A stretch of 63,998 bases of DNA, counting the filler, from Asterionella formosa (lineage: Eukaryota): NCBI GenBank assembly GCA_002256025.1. It is 18 parts of 18 records of this genome, joined end to end, with 100 filler letters (N's around TTAATTAATTAA, not from the genome) between each part and the next. Parts side by side here need not be neighbours in the genome. Positions count along the whole stretch, not along the records: positions 1 to 3,475 come from NKIB01014121.1; positions 3,576 to 7,050 come from NKIB01014122.1; positions 7,151 to 10,625 come from NKIB01014123.1; positions 10,726 to 14,199 come from NKIB01014124.1; 14 more parts are not named here. One strand, given 5' to 3'. The number at the start of each line of letters is the position of its first letter. Position 1 is the stretch's first letter. Of this stretch, positions 1 to 13,197 are shown piece by piece. The notes below the pieces were generated by a model. The model saw only the letters and a list, made by a program, of their open reading frames with translations. It made no database searches and was not told the DNA's origin. The translations under genes and the position numbers were made by a program.

Positions 1-160
1 ACGCGCGATGATGATTGGCTTCAAAAGAAAGAGCCACCATCGAAAGAGAGACCAAACAAGCAAAAAGAAAATTTCTTGCGCCCATGATGTTGGAGAATGT
101 ACCTGGTACGTCGTATGGTGATGGTCACACTTTGTCTACCATAACCAGGTGCTCCGAGTA

Positions 161-3078
161 CCAGCTAGTTGCGGTAATTTTGCTGAAACTAAAGGATTTA
201 GCTATCTTTATCCCAGATTAAAAATGTTGGTTAAAGCAAAATGACCGCAACTTGCAGGTCATGAATGGCTTTGAGCCACGTTATTATATCGTTTTCCGAC
301 TAATTATGCTAAAATCGATAATTAGTTAGTTCATTAAGCTACCTGAGAATTAAATCATTTTGTTCCTTGAACGCCTATTTACTGAGATCTATCCATTTTC
401 AAAGTGACCAAAACGGCCGAAGTGGCTCAAAGCCATTTGTTAAAATTTTCACATACATGAATATATTTTTATAGGCGACAGTTAGAAACTATTACCGGTA
501 TATCGTTTGCATGTTTTTTCGCTTCTACTGGTGGTGTTGTTCCAATTTTATCTTTGTTGGTTCCATCAAGACTCCTTGCATTTTTCGCAGTTGTCATAGT
601 CATTGCATCGTTCTTCGACTGGTTGGTGGTCCTCCCATCATATATTGTCATGTAATACTAGGAGTGACCAACAAAGGATGAGGAAGTGGCGCTGTCACAG
701 TTGCAACTGGTACTGCAGCATTGCCATGCATCATGGTGTCATGGTGTCTGGAAAGGAGAAGTTGCTTTGTCATTGTTAATGGAAGATCGCATGCTTGCTT
801 GTACCGCAATGCCATTGTTTTCGTTTGTGCCACTCCTGTCCACTCTGCTGACTGTTTGTTTAGTGTTCTGATTGCATAAACCCCGTTTGCAAGTGCTGTG
901 TGTGCATCTTTTTCCGATTCTCTCGCTCACTCTTCAGCATGACTCTTCCTTTTCAGCTAGCCATCGACCACTTCAGGATCCAACAAGCAAGTAAGAACTG
1001 CCCACACTGACATGGAGACCAGCTGTGTATTGTTTACTGCTTGCAATTGCCTTGAGTGCTGTTTTTTGTTGGTGGGCAAGTTTGTCCAAATTAATTCCAT
1101 TTCTAGAATTGCTATAGTACATCGTCAATGGCGGTTAAACACAAATAAATATACTTAGATATTCAGTTTTCTAAACAAATGTAGATGTGTATTACCGGGA
1201 GATGCCGGCTCAATAGTATAATATTGTTTTGCCACTTTTGGCTACTTTCCGACACATTTATCTGATTTTCTAAAGCACAAACCTCATCCGACAACTAGAT
1301 ATGTTGTATCCGGCGCAACATCAGGAACAACTTTGTTGCACTAAAAATAGTCATAACTTGAAAATGAGAAAAAATCTATGTATGCATTGTGAATATTATA
1401 TCGTTAAGTGACTCAAAGCCATTTTGAACTGTATCAAGAATAGTCTACTGCTCACCATCATCAATGTTGAAGCAAAAATAATACTAGTAGTATGCATATG
1501 TATATTTACATGGAGCAGAAGCAAGCAATAATAAGCAATGATAAGAATACCATGCACCCATGATCCCAGCCTTGCATTTTTCCATATATTTCTTTATTTT
1601 ATATATAAATATACTTCCTTGTGTATGGGTTTTTTTTAAAACAATTGCCCCAAGTATGTGTACCTTCAGGGTTTACCAGGCAAGGGCCAAGATAATCTGT
1701 GTAAGTTTGACTGGCTTGTAGAAGCTGATGACGGACTGTCACTTGTCAATCCCATGTGCGACCAGCAGCATTCAAAATAGTATGCGCTCTTCCACTACCA
1801 CTTGGATTAAAATTGTCTTGAAAAAAGTGACAACTGATACGCTCATTTTCTGGATGCATCACATGATTGCCTTCAGCGATGGGAAGACAGTTTTGATCAA
1901 AAGCCTGAAAAGCATTCTTCTTGGGAAGGTGCATGTTTCCGTCTGAAACAATTGTTGACTCTTGAAGTAAGCAAGAACCGAGCAAATCGATTGGTCCAAA
2001 GTCTTAGCATGATTCAATCCAAACTCTTTTTGTTGCCACTCATCAGGCAAAGACCAGATAATGATAATAGGCCCATTTTCTTTTGACAATCTCGTCTGAT
2101 CTTCTGGATGAGGCATTAGTTGTAGCAGCTTTTAAAAGATTTGATTTTGGCTCAAAAGTCCATAACCAACATCTGAAATTTTTTAGATAGATAGGAATCA
2201 AAGATACCACTGACGTTGACTGTGAAAGCTATCATTTGGAAGACAACAATCATCCAGCCACAAAACCATTGCATCATCAATACTGTCATAAGATTGATCA
2301 TCTGGATGCATTTCCATATTCAACCAATCTGATAAGGCATTTTCTTTCTAACAACTTTTCAAGGATGAAAAGGTATCTACAGGGCTTAAAGCACATGTGT
2401 TAGCCATGTCATTAAATTGATTCACTCTCCAATCAACAATGCCTGCACAGAGCCACCAGCTTCCATAAATGACATTTTGGTCAATGATTCAAACCTTCCA
2501 CCAGTCAGAGCAACTCGAAATGTATTTTTATTAATGGTCAATACATTTTAATCAATACATTTTAATCATTAATCAAGGGAATGACAGGCAGGAACCCTTG
2601 AATACATTGCCATGTTTGTTCTGTTCTAATTGGACTCACTCTTTTTGAATTCAAAGTGAAGTATCTAACAAGAAGTAGTAGTATTTATTTGTTGAACATA
2701 TGAGCTTATTAACTATTCCTTGTGTGCAACTTGTTCTTCTAGCTTGACTTCAAAGTATTCAATAAGTGTTAGTCAAGTTCTCTCCTGATAGAGTTCTGAT
2801 ATATCTTTTAGTAACCCTAACCCTATAGGGTATATGTGTAGTTGTGCGGGATCGCTCAACTGGTACCTGGTACCAGGTACCGTTAGTCCTACCGGTACCT
2901 GGTACCTTGAATTTACCAAGTCCTGGTACTCCTAGGTTGCAAAAGTACGAATACCAGAAACGCCCTACGGACGAGTACTGGTACCTGCAAGTTGCGGTCA
3001 TTTTGCTTGAACCAGCATTTTAATATCGGATAAAGATAGCTAAATCTTTAGTTTCAGCAAAATTACCGCAATTGCTGG
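161..3078. mobile_element. Non-autonomous TIR DNA transposon with ~100-bp TIRs and TA target duplication (Tc1/mariner-like)
   Basis: 161-259 (CCAGCTAGTTGCGGTAATTTTGCTGAAACTAAAG...GACCGCAACTTGCAGGT) is a near reverse complement of 2983-3078. TA flanks both ends (159-160, 3079-3080). No intact internal ORF. Segment ~317-521 has a diverged copy at ~32148-32310. Confidence 0.8.
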
Positions 3079-3475
3079 TACCAGGTACCTGGTACCTGGT
3101 ACCTGTAGTTACCTGTCATATGATCGGGCGCCCTACATACGATGTGTACATATCATTACATAGTAGCTACATACCGGTAGGCATCCGGTTGCGGAATTGA
3201 AGAAGCAACACCACAACGAATACGGTACCAGGTAGCATGTCAGCCCTCCTCACAGCATAAAGAAATTCGCGCTCGACTGTTTAGTCGTTGCTTCCCATTG
3301 ATTTCTTCCCGTCTGCTTGGATCTTGTCACAGAAGCGACGCTTCGATCATGGACTTGCTTCTCCTTGCAGCTGCGGTTGGCACGACAACATGCTTGCCAA
3401 AGACGAACCCGCTGCCGCAGTCATTCAAATCCATGCAAACGGTATTTGGTCTTTCCATGGGAATCTTTTCGTTGA

Positions 3476-3575
3476 NNNNNNNNNNNNNNNNNNNNNNNNN
3501 NNNNNNNNNNNNNNNNNNNTTAATTAATTAANNNNNNNNNNNNNNNNNNNNNNNNNNNNNNNNNNNNNNNNNNNN
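3476..3575. other. Artificial contig linker (N44-TTAATTAATTAA-N44); the same linker recurs 17 times in the window
   Basis: Identical 100-nt spacer with stops in all six frames at 3476, 7051, 10626, 14200, 17772, 21344, 24911, 28476, 32040, 35604, 39168, 42731, 46293, 49854, 53415, 56975 and 60535. Flanking contigs decrease in length from 3475 to 3460. Confidence 0.98.
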
Positions 3576-3924
3576 TTGTGGTGTCTAATGTCATCCATCT
3601 GAGATCAAAGTTTTACGGTTGTACACATCACATGAAGAACTCACACTTACCGGTAAAAAAGCTCCCTCTTCCCAGTTTTCATGTTATGTAGGTTATTACC
3701 GGTACTAGCTAGGTAAATGTACTACTAGCCAGTGGTAGGCAACCCAATTTTTTTACGTGATTATTATTACTCAAAATCAACACTGGTGAAATTATGTCTA
3801 CTGATGAGGATGGTACCAGGTAGTATTGTTTGCCAAATATGTGCTGAACAAGGTCCATTATTTTAGCTACCTGTTATTCTTATTTTTCTCTCGCCAACAC
3901 AGCACTACAACGACAGTAAATATC

Positions 3925-4371
3925 ATGGATCTGTGTGACAATAACGACGAGGACAAATGTCAATTCTGTGGTAAAGGTCCTTTTAAATCAATTCGTGGTC
4001 ATCACAGACACAGCCCCTCGTGTGGGCAACAAGATATGATTCAATCTCAGATTCAAGCATCGCAGACATCATCAATGGTAGCGACTTCTCGAAGAGATGG
4101 ACGACACCACTCTCAAGACCCCCTTGCAAAATTCCTGAAACAATCGCCAGCAGCCATTGATTTCGTTCAAACAGTTTGTTTTTATGCCGATGACTATGAT
4201 AATGGTTTATTCCTTGATAGTTTAGTAGATCATGATGCTGCTGCTATTAATGGTCCAATCATTCAGAACGGAGAAATAAACGACATTATAAACCCTACCA
4301 ATCCGATTTTGCGCACAAAGTATATCCGTTTCGTCCACTACAGCATGACAATCTCGCCAATCAACCCGTAA
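3925..4371 (+). pseudogene. Short ORF with N-terminal CxxC...H...C zinc-finger-like motif, probably a TE-derived fragment (copy at 7500-7946)
   Basis: MDLCDNNDEDKCQFCGKGPFKSIRGHHRHSPSC. No further recognisable domain; flanked by AT-rich repeats. Confidence 0.3.
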
Positions 4372-5618
4372 ACAAACACATTCTACCGGTACTTGTTCTC
4401 GTTGAAATTTTCAATTCTCACATGATACTACATCTACTATTTCGATTCATCATAGAAGGAGATACAAAAATGTGCGTAACAGACTACTGTCCACATAGCT
4501 ATAGTTATAGAATGATTCTGATTAGAACGCATTTCATTTTCATATCGCTCGCTCGTTTCTGCATTTGGCATACTGTACTTGAATTAACTATTGAACTTGT
4601 CCGCATCTTTGATACCATCAAGAGAGCGAAAGCAAGTGGCTCTTTTCATTGTTGTTTGCTCGTAGGAAGAATTTGATATCTGTATCGTCATTTGCTTGTT
4701 GGAATTGTCCGTTGCCTCAAACTTGCTTGGCGTGTGCGTGCACACACTGTTGACTTGTTTTCAATGGTATGTTGTTCTTTGTATTCACTGTTGAACTTGT
4801 CCGCATCTTTGTTACCATCAATAGAGCGACGCAGACGAAGTGGGTCTCTTCATTGTTGTTTGCTCCTGGAAAAGTCGGTGTCCGTGTCCGTGTCATCCTC
4901 ATCAATAGAGAGACAAGTTCTTTTGTTGGAAAAATTGGTACCCGTGGTACTATCATCATTCGCTCGTTGGAACCACTGTCCGTTGCCTCAAACCTGATTA
5001 GCATTTGAGTACCGGTACCCGGTATGTGCACTGTCGACTTTAGTACATTACAGGCGGAGTGACTTCGCTACTAAATTGCGTGATATAATAATATACCCTG
5101 TAGCACGATGCAGAATACAGTTGCTTCCCAATCATCTCATCATGATTGACAAGATGATACTGTGATATCATGATAAGGTTACATCGATGCATACATCACC
5201 AAAGTATGATACGTAATATTGAATAAAGTACATCACATAGCTATGATACATTGATCATAAAATTATGATAATTTTATAAAATGTATATGATATAATTTTG
5301 ATCAAAATATGATCATGTAAAAATAGTACAATGACATAAAATACGATAAAATATGTACGCAAATGTTACCAAGACATCATAGAAAATAATTCAAGCAATC
5401 ATAAAGTATGTTAATTCATATATGTGTTTGTTGTTTAATGTATACAGTTAAAGTCAACACTTAATATGATAGTATTATACAGTGGATAGGATCTAAGTAT
5501 ACGGATGCGTTGATATGTACATCACTATAATATGATTTGTGATATGGATTGATGCATATCACATACCGGTATCCTCAACAACCAGCCATCACGTTCATTG
5601 TCGTGTCGTCTTTCCTTG

Positions 5619-5756
5619 TTTTAGCTATATACCGGTATATGCCAGCATGTGTATTGTGTAAACACTACACTGGCGGAACATGCATATTTTAGCTATATAC
5701 CGGTATATGCCAGCATGTGTATTGTGTAAACACTACGCTGGCAGAACATGCATATT
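5619..5756. repeat. Tandem duplication of a ~69-bp unit (copy at 9194-9331)
   Basis: TTTTAGCTATATACCGGTATATGCCAGCATGTGTATTGTGTAAACACTAC...CATGCATAT occurs twice. Confidence 0.9.
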
Positions 5757-6458
5757 ACACTGTGCTCTGTTCAACAATTACTACACTCGGTTACCATCAC
5801 ACTAGTTGCACCTCCACAAGCGCCGCAAAAAGCTCCGCGTTTCCCTTCCACTGTTTTACATCACAGTCTTCTGGCCCTTTGACAACTTTCCAAATGTCAT
5901 TTCACGGATTTCATGGAAAGGATCAGTCAAACAAGAAACGAGACTTACTTCCATTGTTTACACTACACGACTTTATGTTTTCGGAAAAGAAGATGAAGAA
6001 ACTTATGAAATCAATCAATCGAAGATTCCTTTGAATACACTCAAAGATCAAATGAATTTGAACAGATTCATAATAGTCCAGAAAAAATAATAATGAAGCA
6101 AGTATGCCGATACAATAGTGGCTGAGATTGAAAAGAAGGAAAGATTGCTTTCGACGAGAAAACCCAAACAGTTGGTCTTCGTGGATGAAGACTCTATTCG
6201 TACAGAGTCACAGTTCCACCATCCAGTGTCTTATTTTGCTCCTCATTCTCCCGAAATCGCTGATAATGAAGAAGAACTCAGTGATTCTCATTCATTTGAT
6301 GAACAAATTCATGCGATGAATGAAAATATCGGCGGAAACGTGGCTGACAACACTTCAGAAGTAGAAATGGATGAAAAGTTGCAAAACCAAGAAACATACT
6401 TCCATGCCTATCTCGGTTTATATACTCCTTGTGGCTAGAGTTCATTGTGTGCGACTTT

Positions 6459-7049
6459 TTATGCTTTCGGAATGGTCGAAGCACGCAATGTCTTACGTTG
6501 GCCTATGAATTCAGTTTTGCAGCTAGGACACTTGACTTTAGCAATGTCAGTGAAACCCTCCACACCCAAGATCTTTCCAAAGTAGACACAGTTCTCAACT
6601 TCACAGCTGGGGCAAGGCCCGAAAGCAATAAATTTACCAGGGAAGAGAAGCTCCTCTGTAATAAATTTAGATCCGGTGTAGAGGAACGGAGTGCCAATGA
6701 GGAGGAAGAACAACGGGTTGATTCTTAACACAGTCAACAAGAGTTCGAAACTAATACCAATCCAAACACTTGTGAGAACAATAATGGCGGGAAGGTCTTC
6801 TTTCAATGTGACAGTGCAAATTCCAGTGTCGATCTGGCATTTTGGAGATGTTGAGACTGCAAACTTCGATCCAGTTTCCTTGAGCTCCGTCTTTAATGCG
6901 TCAAACTCAGCATCTGGCATCATCGGTTCACCTTTCAAGTATGCCTGCATGGCGGCGAGATATGTGGCTTCCTTTCGCTTCATGACAACCATGTCAGATC
7001 CGTTCCATTGCAAATCTTCCTTCAATAGGTCAAACTCGTCATCCTTGAG
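6459..7049 (-). CDS. PGRL1: PGR5-like protein 1 (PGRL1), C-terminal part, 5'-truncated by contig end, possibly a degenerate copy
   Basis: EFDLLKEDLQWNGS..YLAAMQAYLKGEPMMPDAEFDALKTELKETGS..PKC, two TM helices, then GPCPSC..EN.VYFG..KCPSC. This matches the plant PGRL1 layout including the two CxxC motifs. Confidence 0.9.
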   Translation of the reverse strand, partial: LKDDEFDLLKEDLQWNGSDMVVMKRKEATYLAAMQAYLKGEPMMPDAEFDALKTELKETGSKFAVSTSPKCQIDTGICTVTLKEDLPAIIVLTSVWIGISFELLLTVLRINPLFFLLIGTPFLYTGSKFITEELLFPGKFIAFGPCPSCEVENCVYFGKILGVEGFTDIAKVKCPSCKTEFIGQRKTLRASTIPKA

Positions 7050-7150
7050 CNNNNNNNNNNNNNNNNNNNNNNNNNNNNNNNNNNNNNNNNNNNNTTAATT
7101 AATTAANNNNNNNNNNNNNNNNNNNNNNNNNNNNNNNNNNNNNNNNNNNN

Positions 7151-10100
7151 TTGTGGTGTCTAATGTCATCCATCTGAGATCAAAGTTTTACGGTTGTACA
7201 CATCACATGAAGAACTCACACTTACCGGTAAAAAAGCTCCCTCTTCCCAGTTTTCATGTTATGTAGGTTATTACCGGTACTAGCTAGGTAAATGTACTAC
7301 TAGCCAGTGGTAGGCAACCCAATTTTTTTACGTGATTATTATTACTCAAAATCAACACTGGTGAAATTATGTCTACTGATGAGGATGGTACCAGGTAGTA
7401 TTGTTTGCCAAATATGTGCTGAACAAGGTCCATTATTTTAGCTACCTGTTATTCTTATTTTTCTCTCGCCAACACAGCACTACAACGACAGTAAATATCA
7501 TGGATCTGTGTGACAATAACGACGAGGACAAATGTCAATTCTGTGGTAAAGGTCCTTTTAAATCAATTCGTGGTCATCACAGACACAGCCCCTCGTGTGG
7601 GCAACAAGATATGATTCAATCTCAGATTCAAGCATCGCAGACATCATCAATGGTAGCGACTTCTCGAAGAGATGGACGACACCACCCTCAAGACCCCCTT
7701 GCAAAATTCCTGAAACAATCGCCAGCAGCCATTGATTTCGTTCAAACAGTTTGTTTTTATGCCGATGACTATGATAATGGTTTATTCCTTGATAGTTTAG
7801 TAGATCATGATGCTGCTGCTATTAATGGTCCAATCATTCAGAACGGAGAAATAAACGACATTATAAACCCTACCAATCCGATTTTGCGCACAAAGTATAT
7901 CCGTTTCGTCCACTACAGCATGACAATCTCGCCAATCAACCCGTAAACAAACACATTCTACCGGTACTTGTTCTCGTTGAAATTTTCAATTCTCACATGA
8001 TACTACATCTACTATTTCGATTCATCATAGAAGGAGATACAAAAATGTGCGTAACAGACTACTGTCCACATAGCTATAGTTATAGAATGATTCTGATTAG
8101 AACGCATTTCATTTTCATATCGCTCGCTCGTTTCTGCATTTGGCATATTGTACTTGAATTAACTATTGAACTTGTCCACATCTTTGATACCATTAAGAGA
8201 GCGAAAGCAAGTGGCTCTTTTCATTGTTGTTTGCTCGTAGGAAGAATTTGATATCTGTATCGTCATTTGCTTGTTGGAATTGTCCGTTGCCTCAAACTTG
8301 CTTGGCGTGTGCGTGCACACACTGTTGACTTGTTTTCAATGGTATGTTGTTCTTTGAATTAACTTTTGAACTTGTCCGCATCTTTGTTACCATCAATAGA
8401 GCGACGCAGACGAAGTGGGTCTCTTCATTGTTGTTTGCTCCTGGAAAAGTTGGTGTCCGTGTCCGTGTCATCCTCATCAATAGAGAGACAAGTTCTTTCG
8501 TTGGAAAAATTGGTACCCGTGGTACTATCATCATTCGCTCGTTGGAACCACTGTCCGTTGCCTCAAACCTGATTAGCATTTGAGTACCGGTACCCGGTAT
8601 GTGCACTGTCGACTTTAGTACATTACAGGCGGAGTGACTTCGCTACTAAATTGCGTGATATAATAATATACCCTGTAGCACGATGCAGAATACAGTTGCT
8701 TCCCAATCATCTCATCATGATTGACAAGATGATACTGTGATATCATGATAAGGTTACATCGATGCATACATCACCAAAGTATGATACGTAATATTGAATA
8801 AAGTACATCACATAGCTATGATACATTGATCATAAAATTATGATAATTTTATAAAATGTATATGATATAATTTTGATCAAAATATGATCATGTAAAAATA
8901 GTACAATGACATAAAATACGATAAAATATGTACGCAAATGTTACCAAGACATCATAGAAAATAATTCAAGCAATCATAAAGTATGTTAATTCATATATGT
9001 GTTTGTTGTTTAATGTATACAGTTAAAGTCAACACTTAATATGATAGTATTATACAGTGGATAGGATCTAAGTATACGGATGCGTTGATATGTACATCAC
9101 TATAATATGATTTGTGATATGGATTGATGCATATCACATACCGGTATCCTCAACAACCAGCCATCACGTTCATTGTCGTGTCGTCTTTCCTTGTTTTAGC
9201 TATATACCGGTATATGCCAGCATGTGTATTGTGTAAACACTACACTGGCGGAACATGCATATTTTAGCTATATACCGGTATATGCCAGCATGTGTATTGT
9301 GTAAACACTACGCTGGCAGAACATGCATATTACACTGTGCTCTGTTCAACAATTACTACACTCGGTTACCATCACACTAGTTGCACCTCCACAAGCGCCG
9401 CAAAAAGCTCCGCGTTTCCCTTCCACTGTTTTACATCACAGTCTTCTGGCCCTTTGACAACTTTCCAAATGTCATTTCACGGATTTCATGGAAAGGATCA
9501 GTCAAACAAGAAACGAGACTTACTTCCATTGTTTACACTACACGACTTTATGTTTTCGGAAAAGAAGATGAAGAAACTTATGAAATCAATCAATCGAAGA
9601 TTCCTTTGAATACACTCAAAGATCAAATGAATTTGAACAGATTCATAATAGTCCAGAAAAAATAATAATGAAGCAAGTATGCCGATACAATAGTGGCTGA
9701 GATTGAAAAGAAGGAAAGATTGCTTTCGACGAGAAAACCCAAACAGTTGGTCTTCGTGGATGAAGACTCTATTCGTACAGAGTCACAGTTCCACCATCCA
9801 GTGTCTTATTTTGCTCCTCATTCTCCCGAAATCGCTGATAATGAAGAAGAACTCAGTGATTCTCATTCATTTGATGAACAAATTCATGCGATGAATGAAA
9901 ATATCGGCGGAAACGTGGCTGACAACACTTCAGAAGTAGAAATGGATGAAAAGTTGCAAAACCAAGAAACATACTTCCATGCCTATCTCGGTTTATATAC
10001 TCCTTGTGGCTAGAGTTCATTGTGTGCGACTTTTTATGCTTTCGGAATGGTCGAAGCACGCAATGTCTTACGTTGGCCTATGAATTCAGTTTTGCAGCTA

Positions 10101-10625
10101 GGACACTTGACTTTAGCAATGTCAGTGAAACCCTCCACACCCAAGATCTTTCCAAAGTAGACACAGTTCTCAACTTCACAGCTGGGGCAAGGCCCGAAAG
10201 CAATAAATTTACCAGGGAAGAGAAGCTCCTCTGTAATAAATTTAGATCCGGTGTAGAGGAACGGAGTGCCAATGAGGAGGAAGAACAACGGGTTGATTCT
10301 TAACACAGTCAACAAGAGTTCGAAACTAATACCAATCCAAACACTTGTGAGAACAATAATGGCGGGAAGGTCTTCTTTCAATGTGACAGTGCAAATTCCA
10401 GTGTCGATCTGGCATTTTGGAGATGTTGAGACTGCAAACTTCGATCCAGTTTCCTTGAGCTCCGTCTTTAATGCGTCAAACTCAGCATCTGGCATCATCG
10501 GTTCACCTTTCAAGTATGCCTGCATGGCGGCGAGATATGTGGCTTCCTTTCGCTTCATGACAACCATGTCAGATCCGTTCCATTGCAAATCTTCCTTCAA
10601 TAGGTCAAACTCGTCATCCTTGAGC
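7151..10625. repeat. Near-identical duplicate (haplotig/allele) of contig 3576-7050
   Basis: Same length and same ends at offset 3575. The few SNPs I saw fall in ~7686-8500. Confidence 0.97.
10034..10624 (-). CDS. PGRL1: PGRL1 C-terminal part (duplicate contig)
   Basis: Translation identical to 6459-7049. Confidence 0.88.
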   Translation of the reverse strand, partial: LKDDEFDLLKEDLQWNGSDMVVMKRKEATYLAAMQAYLKGEPMMPDAEFDALKTELKETGSKFAVSTSPKCQIDTGICTVTLKEDLPAIIVLTSVWIGISFELLLTVLRINPLFFLLIGTPFLYTGSKFITEELLFPGKFIAFGPCPSCEVENCVYFGKILGVEGFTDIAKVKCPSCKTEFIGQRKTLRASTIPKA

Positions 10626-10725
10626 NNNNNNNNNNNNNNNNNNNNNNNNNNNNNNNNNNNNNNNNNNNNTTAATTAATTAANNNNNNNNNNNNNNNNNNN
10701 NNNNNNNNNNNNNNNNNNNNNNNNN

Positions 10726-10993
10726 CAGGTATGACAAAGAGCAAGATCGACCCTATGTTATTTATGCACCGGAACAAGGATGGACAAATTGATGGTCTAC
10801 TTGTTAATTACGTGGATGACGGTATTGTATGTGGGACTCCAAGTGCAGTGGAGTATATGAAAAATGTTATCAAGGAAGATAATTTCGCGGACATTATGAC
10901 CAAGAACGTGAAGGAACAGATTCATACGAGATTGTCCGAACCAGTTCAGAGTGGAACGATGTTACAGCCTCTTGAGCGTGGCAATGGGGAGGA
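10726..10993 (+). mobile_element. Internally deleted Ty1/copia pol remnant plus polypurine tract
   Basis: RT motif SKIDPMLF...LLVNYVDD is joined almost directly to the RNase H terminal motif NFADIMTKN. PPT GGGGAGGA (10986-10993) is followed by TG, the likely LTR start at 10994. Confidence 0.8.
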
Positions 10994-11039
10994 TGTCAAG
11001 AATATTAGCCCGAGTCACAAGGATTGTGGACTCGATTGT

Positions 11040-12205
11040 AATCGAACGAGTCGAATATTGCATTGCCACGTCAATCAGCTGTCTAACGAGATCAGAGATT
11101 GAAGATTTCTATGGAAATGTTAAGTGGAAACTCGAAGAGAGTCTTAGAACGACTTTGCAGGAAGCAAAGATGCATGGAAAGGAAACATTTAGTTTAGCTT
11201 ATAATTTAATTTGAGATTTAGATTATCAACCGAGGAAACAGTGTGTTAATTGACAGGAAGGTCAATTAGTCTATCTAGCAGGAAGGCTAGAAGCAGAGAC
11301 AAGAGAGAAAGTGAGTGGTACTAGGTAGTACTACGATCACGTAAGAGTCTACGTGAAGAGAGACCCAACCCGCGGGAAGGAGTACGGACCATTTCAACAA
11401 TACATGCGGTCAGCAAGATCCTGAAACAAAATTGCACCGTGCAGGTTTTTTGAAGTTGATGACTACGAGATCTTTGTAAATTGCATTCTATACCGGTAGC
11501 CACCTTTGCAACGAGAGATGCTGCCCATGTTTCCACATGCTCACCGGCTATAAGTAACTAAAAAGAACGTGTGCACATTTTATATTTATTGTGTATAAAA
11601 ATTCATATGCGTAAAAGCGGTATTACTACCTCTAGAATGTGAGACGGACGCATGGTCTAATGCATATTTTGAATTTTATTATGAAAGAGAGAAGATTCTC
11701 TTGCGAAGCGATACCGTACTCCGCTATTATTCATGAGCTCGTGTGTAGAACACCGGTAATTGAATAATTAAATATTTATTTATACAAACATGCGTGCATG
11801 TACCACGGATGCATGGCATCATGCACATTTTGAATTGTGGACTCCATTGTAATCCAATGAGTCGAATCTTGCATTGCCACACCGATCAGCTGTCTAACGA
11901 GATTGATGATTGAAGATTTCTAAGGAAATCATAAGTGGAAATTCGAAGAGAGTCTTTAAACGTCTTTGTGAAAAGCAAAGATGCATGGAAAGAAAGCATT
12001 TACTAGTTTAGATTACATTTTTAGATTATCAATTGAGTAAACAGTGTGTTAATTGACAGGAAGGTCAATAAGTTTATTTAGCAGGAAGGCTAGAAGAATA
12101 GAAGAGAGAAAAAGTAAGTGGTACTAGGCAGTAATAGAAGCAAGTAAGAGCCTACCGTATGAAGAGACCCAGCCCATGGGAAGAAGTATGGACCTTTTTA
12201 ACAAT
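11040..12205 (+). repeat. Diverged direct repeat of ~360 bp (11040-11400 vs 11851-12205), LTR-derived
   Basis: GAGTCGAAT.TTGCATTGCCAC...ATCAGCTGTCTAACGAGAT...AACAGTGTGTTAATTGACAGGAAGGTCAAT occurs in both copies. Confidence 0.8.
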
Positions 12206-13197
12206 GCACATTTTAAATTTTTCATGGCTAACTGTTTTGCTGTTACTGAGATATATTTGTGAACTGGCTGTATCTCTATACAGAAGATACAATTTAAAAA
12301 TAAAAATAATTATTTGTATCTCTGTTAAGACCTGCCCTAAGCAGCCAAGGATTGTCCTGGCTTTGTCGATGTCGTGATGGCTGGCTTGCTTCTAAAAGGG
12401 AGTGAATCATCTTGCCACCGGGGTACTTCTAAGTAATTTTTGTTAAGGGGTAATATAGGTCACATATCGAATTTTCCGGCACCTAAATTTGCAGATTTAG
12501 CATGACAGCATCCAGAATTGCTAACGGTGATGTGCATAACAGAAATGGTAAAACAAGCATCAAACACGAGAATAATTGTGACATGTAAAATGAATGAAAA
12601 TTGAACATGAAATTTCGAGCGACCACAGCATGATATGCTATGTAACAAGTTTCATCAAATGAGAAATAGAAAATATTGTTTTGGGTTAGAATGAAGTAAA
12701 AAATATGAGTTTCAGTGGAGACGTTTGCATTGTAGTACCTTTACAGGCAACATTGGCTGGCTTTCATCACACAATCAAAGATCAAAATAATATAGAGAAG
12801 AAAGAAAAAGCTGAATCCAACTTAAATCTACATCGTTATGAAGAAGTGTAGATGATCCGGTTGCTGCAACCATGCACATAGCTGTTGCCTGACACAAGTA
12901 GCAGGAGTGCTTAAGCCACAGTCATTCCTCCCACAAAACAAGCAACCCTGATCATTCCATTCCATTCTGAGCAAGTGCTGCGCTCTCCAGGCTGCTCCAC
13001 CGCTATCGAATCCCTGCCTCTAGATATTTCTGACCAAAATCTTGCAACACACTTAGTAGAAGTATTGTTGTCCCTGTGGATATAAATGTTTGTGGTTTGT
13101 CAGCAGTATATTTTATGTGCCAAAGAACACATTCAACCCCTGGGACATACTTATGAGTGGACTCCACATGAACCCTACATAGTATTTAATCCGCCAG

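Noticed and set aside
2812..2832. TAACCCTAACCCTA telomere-like sequence
   Set aside because: Only two units, internal to a TIR element; not a chromosome end.
3576..10625. Apparent 3.5-kb tandem duplication including PGRL1
   Set aside because: Two separate contigs with identical ends and a few SNPs, most simply allelic haplotigs placed together by length sorting.
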